Below the pieces are notes generated by a model. That model saw only the letters and a program-made list of their open reading frames with translations. It searched no databases and had not been told where the DNA came from. Made by a program: the position numbers and the translations under genes. DNA of 64,000 nt from Octopus sinensis (Eukaryota): the NCBI RefSeq assembly GCF_006345805.1, contig NC_042999.1, positions 155,434,001 through 155,498,000 of the forward strand, written 5' to 3'. Below are positions 12,751 to 26,754 of this stretch, piece after piece. The first letter of the stretch is position 1. Each line of letters opens with the position of its first letter.

Positions 12751-13573
12751 CCTATTTATATATATATATATCATCTATCTATCTATTTATGGTGTATTCT
12801 GTGAAGAACATAGTATAATACAGTATAAAGCTCATTCACCTTCAGATTTACCCTGTGCTATCCAGTGGTAGTATTATACATACTTCCTGGTTTGCATTTG
12901 GGCATCTGTTGTGTGTGAACAGATAAATGAAAAAATTGGAGTCAAGAAGAATAGGTGAGGCATTTATTTTTTAATCACTACAATTGTTTCCATGCAACGT
13001 AGTTCTTCAGGAGTGCATGTACTTGATTATGCAACCGTTTCCTTGTATTATGAGATCTAGTTGTGTTTCCTCAGGCGATATACTCTTTTACTTCTTTCAG
13101 TCATTTGACTGCAGCCATGCTGGAGCAGCGCCTTTAGTCAAGCAAATCGATCCCAGGACTTATTCTTTGTATTCCTAGTACTTATTCTATTGGTCTCTTT
13201 TGCTGAACCGCTAAGTTACGGGGATGTAAACACACCAGCATCAGTTGTCAAGCGATGTTGGGGGGACAAACACACACACACATATACATATATATATGAC
13301 GGGCTTCTTTCAGTTTCTGTCTACCAAATCCACTCACAAGGCTTTGGCCTGCCGAGGCTATATAGTAGAAGATACTTGCCCAAGGTGCCACACAGTGGGA
13401 CTGAACCCAGAACCATGTGGTTGGTAAGCAAGCTACTTACCACACAGCCACTCATACACCTATATGTAAATATTCCCTTCGTAAGTTTAAAATCCTCGGG
13501 TTTGAGAACATCATCTCTGTCTGTTGTACCCCTTCTCGTTGACTCCAGTTTTCTCACTTAGATATGTTTATTC

Positions 13574-13612
<39 letters not shown>

Positions 13613-13919
13613 ACTCATATCTATGTCTGTGTGTGAAAATGTGTTCTTACCTACATAGTTTGGGTTTTCTACCACATCTTTAAATAGACTGGAAATTGCC
13701 TGACTTAATGTAAAACCATAGTTGATGAATATGTGTGTGTTTTAAATACACACTCATGCGCACACTCCTATACACACAAAAACATGTGATGTGTGTAGAA
13801 TGACTCGCGTGACCTGTTGCGCAGCGGAAAGTATTAAAATTGGAGCCTCAGCTGCATTTGATATGGGCTACACCTGTCGGAGAGGGCAAAAGAGAGGGAG
13901 AGAGAGAGGGAGAGGGCAG

Positions 13920-13931
13920 GAGATAGATAGG

Positions 13932-13985
<54 letters not shown>

Positions 13986-14000
13986 TAGATAGACAGACAG
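13920..14000. repeat. (GATA)n microsatellite
   Basis: Seen directly. Confidence 0.95.
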
Positions 14001-14545
14001 ACAAATAGATAGGGGAAGAGAGAGAGGGGGAGGCGTTTTTCAGTCATGCAGATTGAGTGCGAGCTCATCCTGCATGCTTCAGATGACATTCTTGGGAGTA
14101 GTAGGACATACTTGAGGGATTCAGTCAAGGTATTTTACAGATGTGTTCTATTGTCAGCAGTTATAAGGTGTTTACAGGGAGTGGTGGTGTTGGCGGTAGT
14201 GTTGGTGGTGTTGGTGGTGTTGGGTAAATACCCTGGGTGTTGTAGTTGTTTAGTTCTTTGTCAACTCTGAACAGACCTATTTATCATATCGTTCTACCCC
14301 TGACCACCCCCCTGTCTAGGTGTATCTTATATAGCATAGCCATTTGGTTTTCACAATGAGTGTAATTTGAAGGACATTTGCTGCTGTTTCTAGCAGGCTG
14401 AGCCACCTAGTAGAGGCCCTTTTCTTAATGATAGTAGTAGTTGTTTGTGTTGCTTGGCTCCAGGTCAATAGTCTTCAAAAGTAGTGTACAATTTTAATTC
14501 ATGGCTCCATCAGTAACTCATTATACACGCACACACATACATACA

Positions 14546-14576
<31 letters not shown>

Positions 14577-15379
14577 CATCATCATCTGCTGTCCATGCTG
14601 GCATGGGCTGGACAGTTTGACCAGAGCTGGTAAGCTGAGTGGTTGCACCAGTCTCCAGTCTAATTTGACATGGTTTTCTATGGCTGGATGGCCTTCCTAA
14701 CACCAACCACTCTGAGAGTGTAATGGGTGCTTTTACATTCCACCAGCATGGGTGCCATTTGTGTGACGTTTACATGCCATCAGCATGGGTGTTAATTTGC
14801 GTGACACCAATATCTGTCACGAGTGCGATTTTGCTCAGCTTGATGGATCTTCTTCTCATATATATTTTCTTATGTATCAAGAGAGAGACAGAAAGACAGA
14901 TAGATAGATATGATGGGCTTCTTTCAGCTTCTGCTTACCAAATCCATTCACAAGGTTTTGGTTGACCCAGAGTTATAGTAGAAGATACTTTCCCAATCTG
15001 AAACCATGTGGTTTTGAAGCAAACCCTTTAACCGCACAGCCACGCCTGCAACTTTAGAGTCACGAATTGACAAAAATAATTTTGACACTTCCACATGTCA
15101 TCTGGCAGAACGTCAAGAATGTGATAGCAAGAATGAGAGAGAGAGAGGTATAGAGAGCGAGAGAGAGAGGGGGGCACCAGTAGTTTGTTAGTATTTACTT
15201 TCAGCTGATCAGAAGGTCGTGGGTTTAATTCCTGGGTTGGGTGGTATGTTGTGTCTTTGAGCAGGACACATTATTTCATGCTGTTTCAGTCCACTCGGAT
15301 GAAAATGGATACCGACTGAGTACTGGTGCGGCCGTCCCTCTTTCCCTCCTGTTGTCACATCTTCAATGTTCCACTAGAT

Positions 15380-15896
15380 CAGTGATTCTCAGCTATATTT
15401 AACCTATGGAGCTTTTCATTGCTATTTTATTCAAATGGCCATTTGACATTTAAAAAAATCTTATCATATTTTCATAATTAGATATTATTATTAATTGTAT
15501 TAAAAAATCTGTTAAAATATTTTCTATATTGTAGGAGTATAACTGTGGAGGCGCGTGGCTTAGTGGTTAGGGTGTCAGCATCATGATCGTAAGATTGTGG
15601 TTTCGATTCCTGGACCAGGCAACGCGTTGTGTTCTTGAGCAAGACACTTCATTTTGTGTTGCTCCAGTCCACTCAGCTGGCAAAAATGAGTAAAGCTGCG
15701 ATGGACTGGCATCCTGTCTAGCTGGGGAACACATACGCCATTGAAACTGGGGGAACCGGGCCCATGAGCCTGGCTAGGCTTTAGAAGGGCACATTTATTT
15801 ATTTAGGAGTATAATTGAATTATTGCACATAAATTTTAACAAGAAAATCTTATATGGACCCCAAAGAGTGATGTAGACCCTGGTTGTGAACCACTA
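15380..15896. mobile_element. hAT (Charlie-like) MITE containing a nested S3 SINE
   Basis: Termini cagtgattctcagc / ggttgtgaaccacta; 8-bp TSD cactagat/cattagat. The nested SINE (15543-15803) has an 11-bp TSD taggagtataa and an (ATTT)n tail. Confidence 0.75.
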
Positions 15897-17243
15897 CATT
15901 AGATGAAGGGTGAGAGGGCCAAGAGTGTATCTGCTCATTATGGATGTGTTATATTGTCAGTTGTTGTAAGATGTTTACAGGGAATGGTGGTGGTGGTGGT
16001 GGGTAAATACTCTGGGTGTTGAAGTTGTTTAGTTCCATGTCAACTCTGAACAGACATATTTATCATATCTTTCTACCCCTGACCACCCCTATGTTTCTTA
16101 TATAGCATAGCCATTTGGTTTTTACAATGAGTGTAATTTGAAGGACATTTGCTGCTGTTTCTGGCAAGCTGAGCAACCTAGTAGAGGTGCTCTCATTAAT
16201 GGTAATAATAGTTGTTTTCGTTGCTAAACATCAAGTCAATAGGTCTTAAGATGGTAAGCTGGTAGAATTGTTAGCATATTGGGTGCCATGCTTAGTGGCA
16301 TTTCATACATCCTTACATTCAAATACTGCTGTGGCTGGCTTTGTCTTTCATAATTTTGGGGTTGATAAAACAAGTACCAGTTGAGCACTGAGGTCGATGT
16401 AATCAACTTACCTTTTCATCATCATCATCGTTGTCGTTTAACGTCCGCTTTCCATGCTGGCATGGGTTGGACGGTTTGACTGAGGGATGGCAAACCAGGC
16501 TCCAATCCAATCTGGCAGAGTTTCTACAGCTGGATGCTCTTCCTAACACTAACCACTCCGAGATTGTAGTGGGTGCTTATTACATGCCACCGGCATGAGA
16601 GCCAGTCAGGCAGTACTGGCATCAATGGTGCTTTTCACGTGCCACCAGCATGGGTGCCAGTCAGATAGCACTGCTCCCCCAAAATTGCTGGCCTTGTGCC
16701 AAAAATTTGAAACCATTATTATTACATGTCTCAAACACACTTAAGAAAAGCATATCACAGTATACAATGTCATTCTCAATTGCAAGTGATGGACAAGATT
16801 TTATTTTTATCATTGAGACAAAATAATTTAACTTTTTTTTGTTTATCTCATTTCATGAATTTAAATTTAGAATGGCATCCTTGGTTTCATGTTTCTCATA
16901 AATTGAGTAATGGTTTTCTGCTTTGCCAATGGATCCAATAACAAGGGTGTGCTTGTATTGGATTAATTACAAGATTCTTTTGTTCAACACTGATTTATTA
17001 CTCAATTTTTTTTTTTCACCCTTGTGCAGGTTTTTATCAACAAAAATATACACATTTTGTGTATGTGTGAGTGTATGTGTGTATTTGCATGTCTATACAC
17101 ATACATACATGTGTGTGTAGGTGTATGTATGTATGTTGATTTATGTTGGATGAATGAGAGAAGTGTGCTCAAGGGATATTGTCGATGATATGGGTTTCTT
17201 TTCATTGAAACCGGAGTAAAGAGTTTCAATTAAGAAAGTGTAT

Positions 17244-17503
17244 ATATGTCATTTAGAGATAGAAGTCCCCATGCAATTCATCAAACCCTAATATACAGCA
17301 CACCATATCATAGAATTTTATTTTAATACTTACTTTTTCAGTTTCAAATTTCTCTTCTACACGTGTTTCCCTCATGAAACACGTGTAGAAGAAGAATTTG
17401 GAACTGAAATAGTAAGAATTAAAATATAATTCTATGATATGGTGTGATGTATATTAGGATTTGATGAATTGCATTGGGACTTCTATCTCTAAGTAACAGA
17501 TAT
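17244..17503. repeat. 260-bp fold-back element
   Basis: ttagagatagaagtccc/gggacttctatctctaa; apex tctacacgtgtttc-cctcat-gaaacacgtgtaga. Confidence 0.9.
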
Positions 17504-17561
17504 TTCCTTATCGAGAATAATTCAATTTATTTGAATCACTGTAATGCTGGAATTTTTATTC

Positions 17562-17600
<39 letters not shown>

Positions 17601-18807
17601 CCCACACACACACATATACACACACATACACACATTTATATAAATAATAGTTACTATATATATATACAGTAGCATGTAAAAAGCACCCACTACACTCCTG
17701 AAGCGGTTGATGTTAGGAAGGGCAATCCAGCTGTAGAAGCCTTGCCAGATCAGATTGGAGCCTGGTGCAGCCTTCTGGCTTGCCAGTCCTCAGTCAAACT
17801 GTCCAACTCATGCCAGCATGAAAAGCAGACGTTAAATGATGATGATGATGATATCAGGAGTGGCTGTGTGGTAAGTAGCTTGCTAACCAGCCACATGGTT
17901 CCGGGTTCAGTCCCACTGCGTGGCATCTTGGGCAAGTGTCTTCTGCTATAGCCCCGGGCTGACCAATGCCTTGTGAGTGGATTTGGTAGACGGAAACTGA
18001 AAGAAGCCTGTCATATATATGTATATATATATATATGTATATGTTTGTGTGTCTGTGTTTGTCCCCCTAGCATTGCTTGACAACCGATGCTGGTGTGTTT
18101 ACGTCCCCGTCACTTAGCGGTTCGGCAAAAGAGACCAATGGAATAAGTACTGGGCTTACAAAGAATAAGTCCCGGGGTCGATTTGCTCGACTGAGGGCGG
18201 TGCTCCAGCATGGCCGCAGTCAAGTGACTGAAACAGGTAAAAGAGTAAAAAGAGTATATATATATATATATATATACATACACTCGTGCATGTATATGAT
18301 CATAAAATTTTCAATAAATTAACTACAAGAGCATTAATTAGAAAGGGATTCTTGATGGAAAGTAGAATAAAAAAAATATTTTTACTGCATAACCTTGTCC
18401 ACCAAACGAAGCAAACTGATTTGCATTCTCGAAATAATTAATTAGTGATACCAAGACAATTATTAAAACATTCCAGGGATTCTTTATTCGAGTTTACTCG
18501 GATTAAATTTTGCTCACACTTGCACAACACTGTGGCTTATTCACCTACAGATAATGTGTAATAACTCACACACATACTTTTATACTAAGGAGTCATGCCA
18601 GTTCATTACATGAATGCAAGTTTATCCACACATACACACATACATGTTCACATTCATATACATAAATGCACACACTAACCAGATCAGGTATCCGCAAACC
18701 CCCAAGAGCTGTCTTCACTTTAAACAAAAGACCTTCCTTCTCACTTTGTTAGTCACCAGCTTTTCAATTCTGAAAAAAAAAATCTGAAATAAATCTCAAA
18801 TACACGC

Positions 18808-18813
18808 ATGCAT

Positions 18814-18879
<66 letters not shown>

Positions 18880-19124
18880 ACATGCATATATATACACACA
18901 CACACATACACACACGCATATATATACACACACACTCACACACAGACACACACACTCACATACACAAGCATACACATAAACACACATACATACATACACA
19001 CACCCACTCACACACACATACACACACGCATATATATACACACACACTCACACACAGACACATACACAAGCATACACATAAACACACATACATACATACA
19101 CACACCCACTCACATACACACATG

Positions 19125-19157
<33 letters not shown>

Positions 19158-19480
19158 TTTCTCTCACTCACTCACACATACATACATATACACACATATA
19201 TCTCTGTGTGTGTGTGTATGTGTGTGTGCATGCGCATGTGCATGTCTGTGCTTGTATATATGTAGACACACACACACACACAGACATGTTGTATGTGTAA
19301 TGTATTTATGTATGCAAAAAAGATATATATATATGTATATGTAAACTTACATACATGCATACACATACACATGTACATATATATATGTGCACGTGTGTGT
19401 GTCTGTGTGTGCATATTTATGGCTATATCTTTATGTATACATGTCAGTACATGTGTGTGTATATCCATCATACAGGTGCC
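18808..19480. repeat. Compound (CA)n/(TA)n satellite with an internal higher-order duplication
   Basis: The block catacacaagcatacacataaacacacatacatacatacacacacccactcaca occurs twice (~18960 and ~19065). Confidence 0.85.
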
Positions 19481-20673
19481 ACTGGGAGACTTTCTTCTCA
19501 GGAATGATATTGTATAATGTGTGGAATGTGGACGGAGGAGAAGGAGCGAGGGGTGGGGGTAAGATTAGTGACATTCCTAAGGAGATTATCCTTACTCCTT
19601 GTTTAGCTGTCTTCAATGGTTTTCTGAGTTAATCTTCAAAATATTTGTCAAGGTCTCAATAAATTAGCAGCCCCCTTTTTTTTAAATATTTTTTATAGGC
19701 ATCAAGTAAGGAGCTTGCTTTGCAAAACCATGGTTTTAGTTTCAGTCCTATTGTAAGCCACCTTGAACAAGCATCTTCTGGTGTAACTCTAGGCTAACCA
19801 GTGCCTTGTAAGTGAATCTGGTTGATGGAAACTGTAAGGAAGCTCATCACATGTGTGAGTTCCCTTGAGTTTGTGATTGCCTCTCCCACACCTATTTCTT
19901 TACTACCCACATGGGGCTAAACACAGAGAGGACAAACAATGACAGATACACGGATTAAGTCGATTATATCAACCCCAGTGCGTAACTGGTACTTCATTTA
20001 CCGACCCCGAAAGGATGAAAGGCAAAGTCGACCTTGGCGGAATTTGAACTCAGAACATAGTGGCAGATGAAATACTACTAAGCATTTCGCCTGGCATGCT
20101 AACGATTCTGCCCCTCCCACACCGCTTGACAACTGGTCTTGGTTTCTTTATATCCTTATAACTTAGCAGTTCAGCAAAAGAGACTGATAGAATAGGTACC
20201 AGACGTAAAAAAATAGATACTGGAATCAATTTATTCAACTAGTAGTGGCACATGGCCTAGTGGTTAAAGCAGCGGACTTGCAGTCGAGGGATCGCAGGTT
20301 CGAACCTCTGACTGGGCAATGTGTATGTTTTTGAGTGAAACACCTAAGCTCCACGTGGCTCCGGCAGAAGGTAATGATGAACTTCTGTTGAATCTTTCGC
20401 CACAACTTTCTCTCACTCTTTCCTCCTGCATCTAGCAGCTCACTTGCGATGGACTGGCGTCCCATCCAGGTGGAGAACCTATACGCCAAGGAAACCAGGA
20501 AACCGGCCCTTATGAGCCAGGTGTGGCTCGAGAAGGAACAAACAACAACAGCAACAGCAATTTATTCAACTACACTCTTTAAGATGGTACCCCAGCATAG
20601 CTGCAATCCTATGACTGAACCAAAAAAAAATGATAGATAAAATATTTACTTTCTTATAATTTGATCTGGAGAG

Positions 20674-21173
20674 TATCATAAATCCTCGAGTATAATACTC
20701 AAGGGATTTTTAGGGGGCTGTACCTCTGAAAAACCTAAACCTTGTGTATAATACGCACCCCTTCTCTAACTTGAGTCAAGGAGGTCTATATTATGTCCTT
20801 GGTTTGTAAAAATGTATATGGTAATGTCCTTTATTATTATTGTACATACAACATAATGCAAACATGTAGCATTTTTGTGCATTTTGTTTGCAGAAAATAA
20901 AGAAATAACAGTAATAACGTTTAATAAATGTTGCTTACAGCAAGTTATGGATGATTCTTTTATGACTTCATTGATTTCAGGCTTAGCTTAAGGTATTTTT
21001 GCGCCCAATATCACAAAATGTGTCTGAATAAAAATTGCCGGACAGCAAATAGACACTCGGATATTGCTTAGAAAATATTTTTCATTTTTAACCTCGTATA
21101 TAGTACACATTAGGGATTTTGACCGTTAAATTTTGGGGAAAAAAATGCGGATTATACTCGAGTGTTTATGGTA
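20674..21173. mobile_element. Tc1/mariner (pogo/Tigger-like) non-autonomous element
   Basis: TIRs tatcataaatcctcgagtataat / attatactcgagtgtttatggta with TA ends. Confidence 0.7.
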
Positions 21174-24100
21174 AGTGGGGAAGTTGTTGCAAATCTAGAC
21201 ACCTGACCCAAATGTTTGCAACAGGGTGGACTCTATTAAGGGTACCCAAGGGTCATTTGGGGGTGGGTGAGCAGTTAAAGAAGGTGGTGAAATGTTAAGA
21301 CTGTCCCTGAAAAATGACTTGGCATGCATTAAGCTGGGCTGTGGTTGTTGTCCTGTTTTGAGATAGCAGTGGATGTGGTTTATGGTGATGCTGAGAAAAG
21401 TGATGTAGTTGTCATCATCGTCATCATCATCATCGTCCTTATCATTGTCATTGTTATCTGTATCATTGTCATCGCTGTCCTTATTGTCATCATCAATAAT
21501 GGTTGCGGTGATGATAAAACAGGCTGAAAAAACCCTCCAAAAAACCCCCAATAACACTACGAGATGGCAGAGTTGTTAACACACAGGAAGAAAGGTTCAT
21601 AGCATTTCGTCTGTTTCTACATTCTGAGTTCAAACTCCACCAAGGTCGTCCAAGCCTTCTATAGGTGCAGGAGTGGCTCTGTGGTAAGTAGCTTGCTTAC
21701 CAACCACATGGTTCCGGGTTCAGTCCCACTGCGTGACACCTTGGGCATATATCTTCTACTATAGCCTCGGGCCAACCAAAGCCTTGTGAGTGGATTTGGT
21801 AGACGGAAACTGAAAGAAGCCCGTCGTATATATATATATATATGCATATGTTTGTGTGTCTGTGTTTGTCCACCCAACATAGCTTCACAACCGATGCTGG
21901 TGTGTTTACGTCCCTGTCATTTAGCGCTTCAGCAAGAGAGACTAATAGAATAAGTACTAGGCTTACAAAGAATAAATTCTGGGGTTGATTTGCTCGACTA
22001 AAGGCGGTGCTCCAGCATGGCCACAGTCAAATGACTGAAACAAAGAAAAGAAAAAAAAATATTTTGTATGCTGCCAAATGGAATCGAACCCATTTTCTTC
22101 ACCTTTAGAACAACCAGCCACCTGCCACCTGACCAAACTTTTCAGCCTGTGTGCTTTAATTAATTATACACAGGTTTAGGAAGAAGGTGTTGCTGACAAG
22201 TGTCAACCAGTGGCATTATTAAAACAGCTGGGTGTTTGTGTAGTAACAGAGGTCAATGGGAGGAGGGGAAGAGGAGGAGGGGAGGAAGAAGAGGAGGGGA
22301 GGAAGGAGAGGAGGAGGAATAGTAGTTTTATAGAAGACCTTCACTCCCCTTTCTTTCCAGCCACTTTCTCCTCTTGTTAATCTATCTGATTGAGAGATAA
22401 GGGTGAGAAGAGGTAGTGTAGTTGTGATGGTGGTGGTGGTGATCGTAGTGATGATGTGAGGCGTGTAGTCTGGTGCTTTTATTCATGTAGACAGATAGAA
22501 CTGTGAGTAAACAAGTTACAGAGTTCAGGTGTAATATGTGTGTGTATATAAACCTGTATTGTGTGTGTTCAGTTTATACAGGTGAGAGTATTTATGAATG
22601 TGTACCAATATATCTACAGGTGGAAATATGTATGTGTATCATCATCATCATCATCATTGTTTAACGTCCGCTTTCCATGCTAGCATGGGTTGGACGGTTC
22701 AACGGTTCGACTGGGGTCTGGGAAGCCAGGAGGCTGCACCAGGCCCAAAATGGTCTGGCAGTGTTTCTACAGCTGGATGCCCTTCCTAATGCCAATCACT
22801 CCGTGAGTGTAGTGGGTGCTTTTTACATACCACCAGCACAGGTGCCAGGCGAGGCTGGCAACGGCCACGATTGGTTGGTGCTTTTTACATGCCACCGGCA
22901 CAGAAGCTAGTCGGGGCGGCGCTGGCAACAGTCACATTCGGATGGTTCTTTTACATGCTACCGGCACTGGTATCACAACTACAATTTCTATTGATTTTTG
23001 AGCGATTTCGATTTCGATTTCACTTGCCTCAACAGATGTGTATAGACACACACAGGCATACACATATCCCCATTACTTAATGTCCATTTTTTTCCTTTCT
23101 TGTACATGCTGGACAGAAATTGTCCAGGCTGCTTTTCTATGGCTGGATGCTCTTCCTGTCACCAACCCCCACCTCTTTCCGAACAAGTAATAAATAAATC
23201 TCCATGGAAGACAAGAACAACCTCACTTGTATGTTGGTGATGCTCATTTACAATTATCACATGGTGTCAAAACAAGGGTACATACAGACGCCCACATACA
23301 TACACACGTGTTATAAACATCAAGCTTCTTTTAGTGTACCAAATACTCACAAGGCGTTTGTTGGCGTAGGACTATAGTAAAAAGCACTTGCCCAAGGTAC
23401 CACGCTGTGGGACTGAACCTGAAACCACATTCTTTCTTTTTTTCTTTTACTTGTTTCAGTCATTGGACTGTGGCCATGCTGGAACACTGCCTTTAGTTGA
23501 ACAAATTGACCCCAGGACTTATTCTTTGTAAGCCTAGTGCTTATTCTATTGGTCTCTTTTGCCAAACCGCTAAGTTATGGTGGGGTGATAAACACATACA
23601 CAAATACATACATGCACACACACACACATATATATGACAGGCTTCTTTCAGTTTCCATCTACCAAATCTACTCACAAGGCATTGGTCAGCCCAAGGCTAT
23701 AGTAGAAGACATGCAGTGGGACTAAACCCAAAACCCTGTGGTTGGGAAGCAAGTTTCTTACCACATAGCCACTCCTGCACCTATATACATACATATTCCG
23801 ATGCCAGTGCCACCTGACTGGCTCCCGTGCCAGTGGCATGTAAAAAGCACCATTTGAGTGTGGCCAATACCAGTGCTGCCTGACTAGCTCCCATTCTAGT
23901 TGCATGTAAAAAGCACCCACTACACTCTCAGAGTGGTTGGCATTAGGAAGGGCAATCCAGCTGTAGAAATCTTGCTAGATCAGATTGGAGCCTGATGCAG
24001 CCTCCTGGCTTGCCAGTCCTCAGTCAAACCGTCCAACCCATGGCAGCATGGAAAACGGAAAGCGGACGTTAAACAACGATGATGATGATGATGATGATAG

Positions 24101-24622
24101 TATGAGATGCCACACAGTGAGATGAGTCTGAACCTGAGACGATGTGGTTAGGAAGCAAACCTCTTACCACACAGCCATGCCTGCACCTGTGTGTGTGTGT
24201 GTGTTGTTAGTGTGTATGTGTTTGTGGGTTTGTGTGTATGTTTACTTATATCATTCGGAGACTTTAGCTTATACTTTTATTTAAGGAACAAGTTTTACAC
24301 TGATTGAACCTAGGCAAATATACTTTCTGGCTTCACCGTAAAACATTTAAAAGTGAAATATCTTGGTTCACCACTTTTATATGTCAACATTACATCTGTG
24401 GAAACAGTAGGAAGCCATTTATCTGTGTTCTTTTGTAGAGAACTAATCCTTAACACAAATACATCTTTAGATGTCTAAGTACCATTTTAAGCTTGGGTGT
24501 TATGTATTTAGAAGCAGAGAGTTTTTAGGTGTATAATTACCATTTTCAACTAGTATGTTATGTTGATTTTCAGATGTGGAAAGTATTGAGTACACACACA
24601 CAGACACAGACACACAGACACA

Positions 24623-24715
<93 letters not shown>

Positions 24716-24884
24716 TAGATACATAGGTATATGCGCAGGAGCAGCTGTTTAGTTTAAGAAGTTTGCTTTCCAACTTCATGGTTTTGGGTTCAATCCCATT
24801 ACCTGGCACCTTGGACTACCATAGCTCTAGTCCTACCAAAGTCTTGTGAGTGGATCCAGTAGACAGAAATTGAAAAAAATATAA

Positions 24885-25450
24885 GGTGGCAAGCTGGCAG
24901 AATTGTTAGCGTGCCGGGCGAAATGCTTAGCGGTATTTCTTCTGCTGCTATGTTCTGAGTTTAAATTGCGCCGAGATCGACTTTGCCTTTCATCCTTTCA
25001 GGGTCAATAAAATAAGTATCAGTTACACACTGGGGTCAATAAAATCGACTTAATCCGTTTGTTTGTCCTCTCTGTGTTTAGTAAAGAAATAGGTATTTCG
25101 TCTGCCGTTACATTCTGAGTTCAAATTCCACTGAGGTCGACTTGGCTTTTCATCCTTTTGGGGTTGATTAAATAAGTACCAGTTATGCACTGGGGTCGAT
25201 GTAATCGATTTAATCCGTTTGTCTGTCCTTGTTTGTCCCCTCTGTGTTTAGCCCCTTGTGGGGAGTAAAGAAATAGGCATTTCGTCTGCCGTTACGTTCT
25301 GAGTTCAAATTCTGCCGAGGTCGACTTTGCCTTTCATCCTTTCAAGGTCAATAAATAAAATACCAGTTACGCACTGGGGTCGATGTAATTGACTTAATCC
25401 CTTTGTTTGTCCCCTCTATGTTTAGCCCCTTGTGGGCAATAAAGAAATAA
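24885..25450 (+). mobile_element. Triple tandem S2 SINE
   Basis: One head followed by three ~185-bp core/tail units, each restarting at gtatttcgtctgccgttac. Confidence 0.85.
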
Positions 25451-25499
25451 GAAATTGAAAGAAACCCATCATCTACATACATACATATATCAAAACCTC

Positions 25500-25858
25500 T
25501 GTCAAATGTAAACATAACAGGTTGGATATTGTTATTTGGGATAGAGGGGCAAAGGTATGTACTATCATAGGGGTCAGCTGCCCTGCAGATATAAATATCT
25601 CTTTGAAAATCAAAGAAAAAGAGGATATCTATGGACAGCTGCTTCAAAACCTCCAGCTTCTATATCCAGACTATGAACTCATATTCATATCAATAATAAT
25701 TGGAGCACTAGGTTTTGTTAGTAAGTGCTTAAAGGAGAATTTGGATAAACTGGGATTTTAAGAAAGAGAAATTAACCGGTTGGTTTGTACATTACAAGTG
25801 TAATCTGTGAGGGGAACAGTAAAAATATGCAAGACTTTTCTCAAGTTCCAAATGTGAA
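25500..25858 (+). mobile_element. Non-LTR retrotransposon 3' fragment, restriction-like endonuclease (REL) domain
   Basis: DIVIWDRGAKVCTIIGVSCPAD...KEKEDIY...IIIGALGFV; contains in-frame stops. Confidence 0.75.
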
Positions 25859-26471
25859 TTTGTCTGTGTTAACTACATCCCAAAGATGGAGACTTGTATC
25901 TTTGTTGGAAACCAGCTCCCTCCTCAGTGGAAAATTTATAATAATTAGAAAATAGAAGAGACATACATACATGTAAACATGTGTGTATGTGTGTGTGTGC
26001 GTGTGTGTGTGTGTTTGTGTGTGTTGTTTGTCCACTCTTGTCTTGACATCGCATAATAGTTGTAACTGAGTATCAGTGTCATACAAGTAGTGTCTTTCAT
26101 TTCCAATATTTGCTTAATATGTGTTGAGGCAAGGGGAAATATTACCATACTTGGAAACAGGTACGAATTGGCAACAGGATAGCATGCATCTGACCACAGA
26201 AAATCTGCTACAGTAAAATCTGTTTAATCCATACAAGCATGGAAAAATAGACCTTAAAATGATGAAGATGATACTGAAAATTGGTATGTGTGTGTAAATA
26301 TATTTATAAAGTTTTGTATAGAAAGAAATTACTCTTTCTAGGAATGTCTTACATCCAAGTGTCCACTGGTTTATTTCTATATCGATTAATTTATAAATAC
26401 TTTCATGTATTCGATATGACAACAGAATTTTAGTAATATAATATAAAGAAAATGGAGAGTTTAAACATAGG

Positions 26472-26754
26472 AAAATCAATTTATTTACATAATAGTCAAT
26501 TTCATAATGCCTACATATGTTTCAATATCCACCTTCATTCATATTTTAAATTAAAAATTGCGTTATGAATTTAGAAGGTAAAAATCTCTTCAGGGTAAAA
26601 ATTGATATATTCATTTACATCCTAATAGATGTAGTGTTCACTACAGACTTCTAAATTCATAACACAATTTTTGATTGTAAAATATGAATGAATGTAGATA
26701 TTCAAATGTGTGTAGGTGTTATGAAATTAACTATTATGCAAATAAACTGATTTT
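26472..26754. repeat. 283-bp fold-back element ~480 bp upstream of the coding exon
   Basis: ~105-bp arms, e.g. ttatgaatttagaag/cttctaaattcataa and cattcatatttta/taaaatatgaatg. Confidence 0.9.

Noticed and set aside
21195-21557. 120-aa acidic minus-strand ORF
   Set aside because: Its acidic part is a degenerate (GAT/GAC)n tract; the remainder has no recognisable homology.
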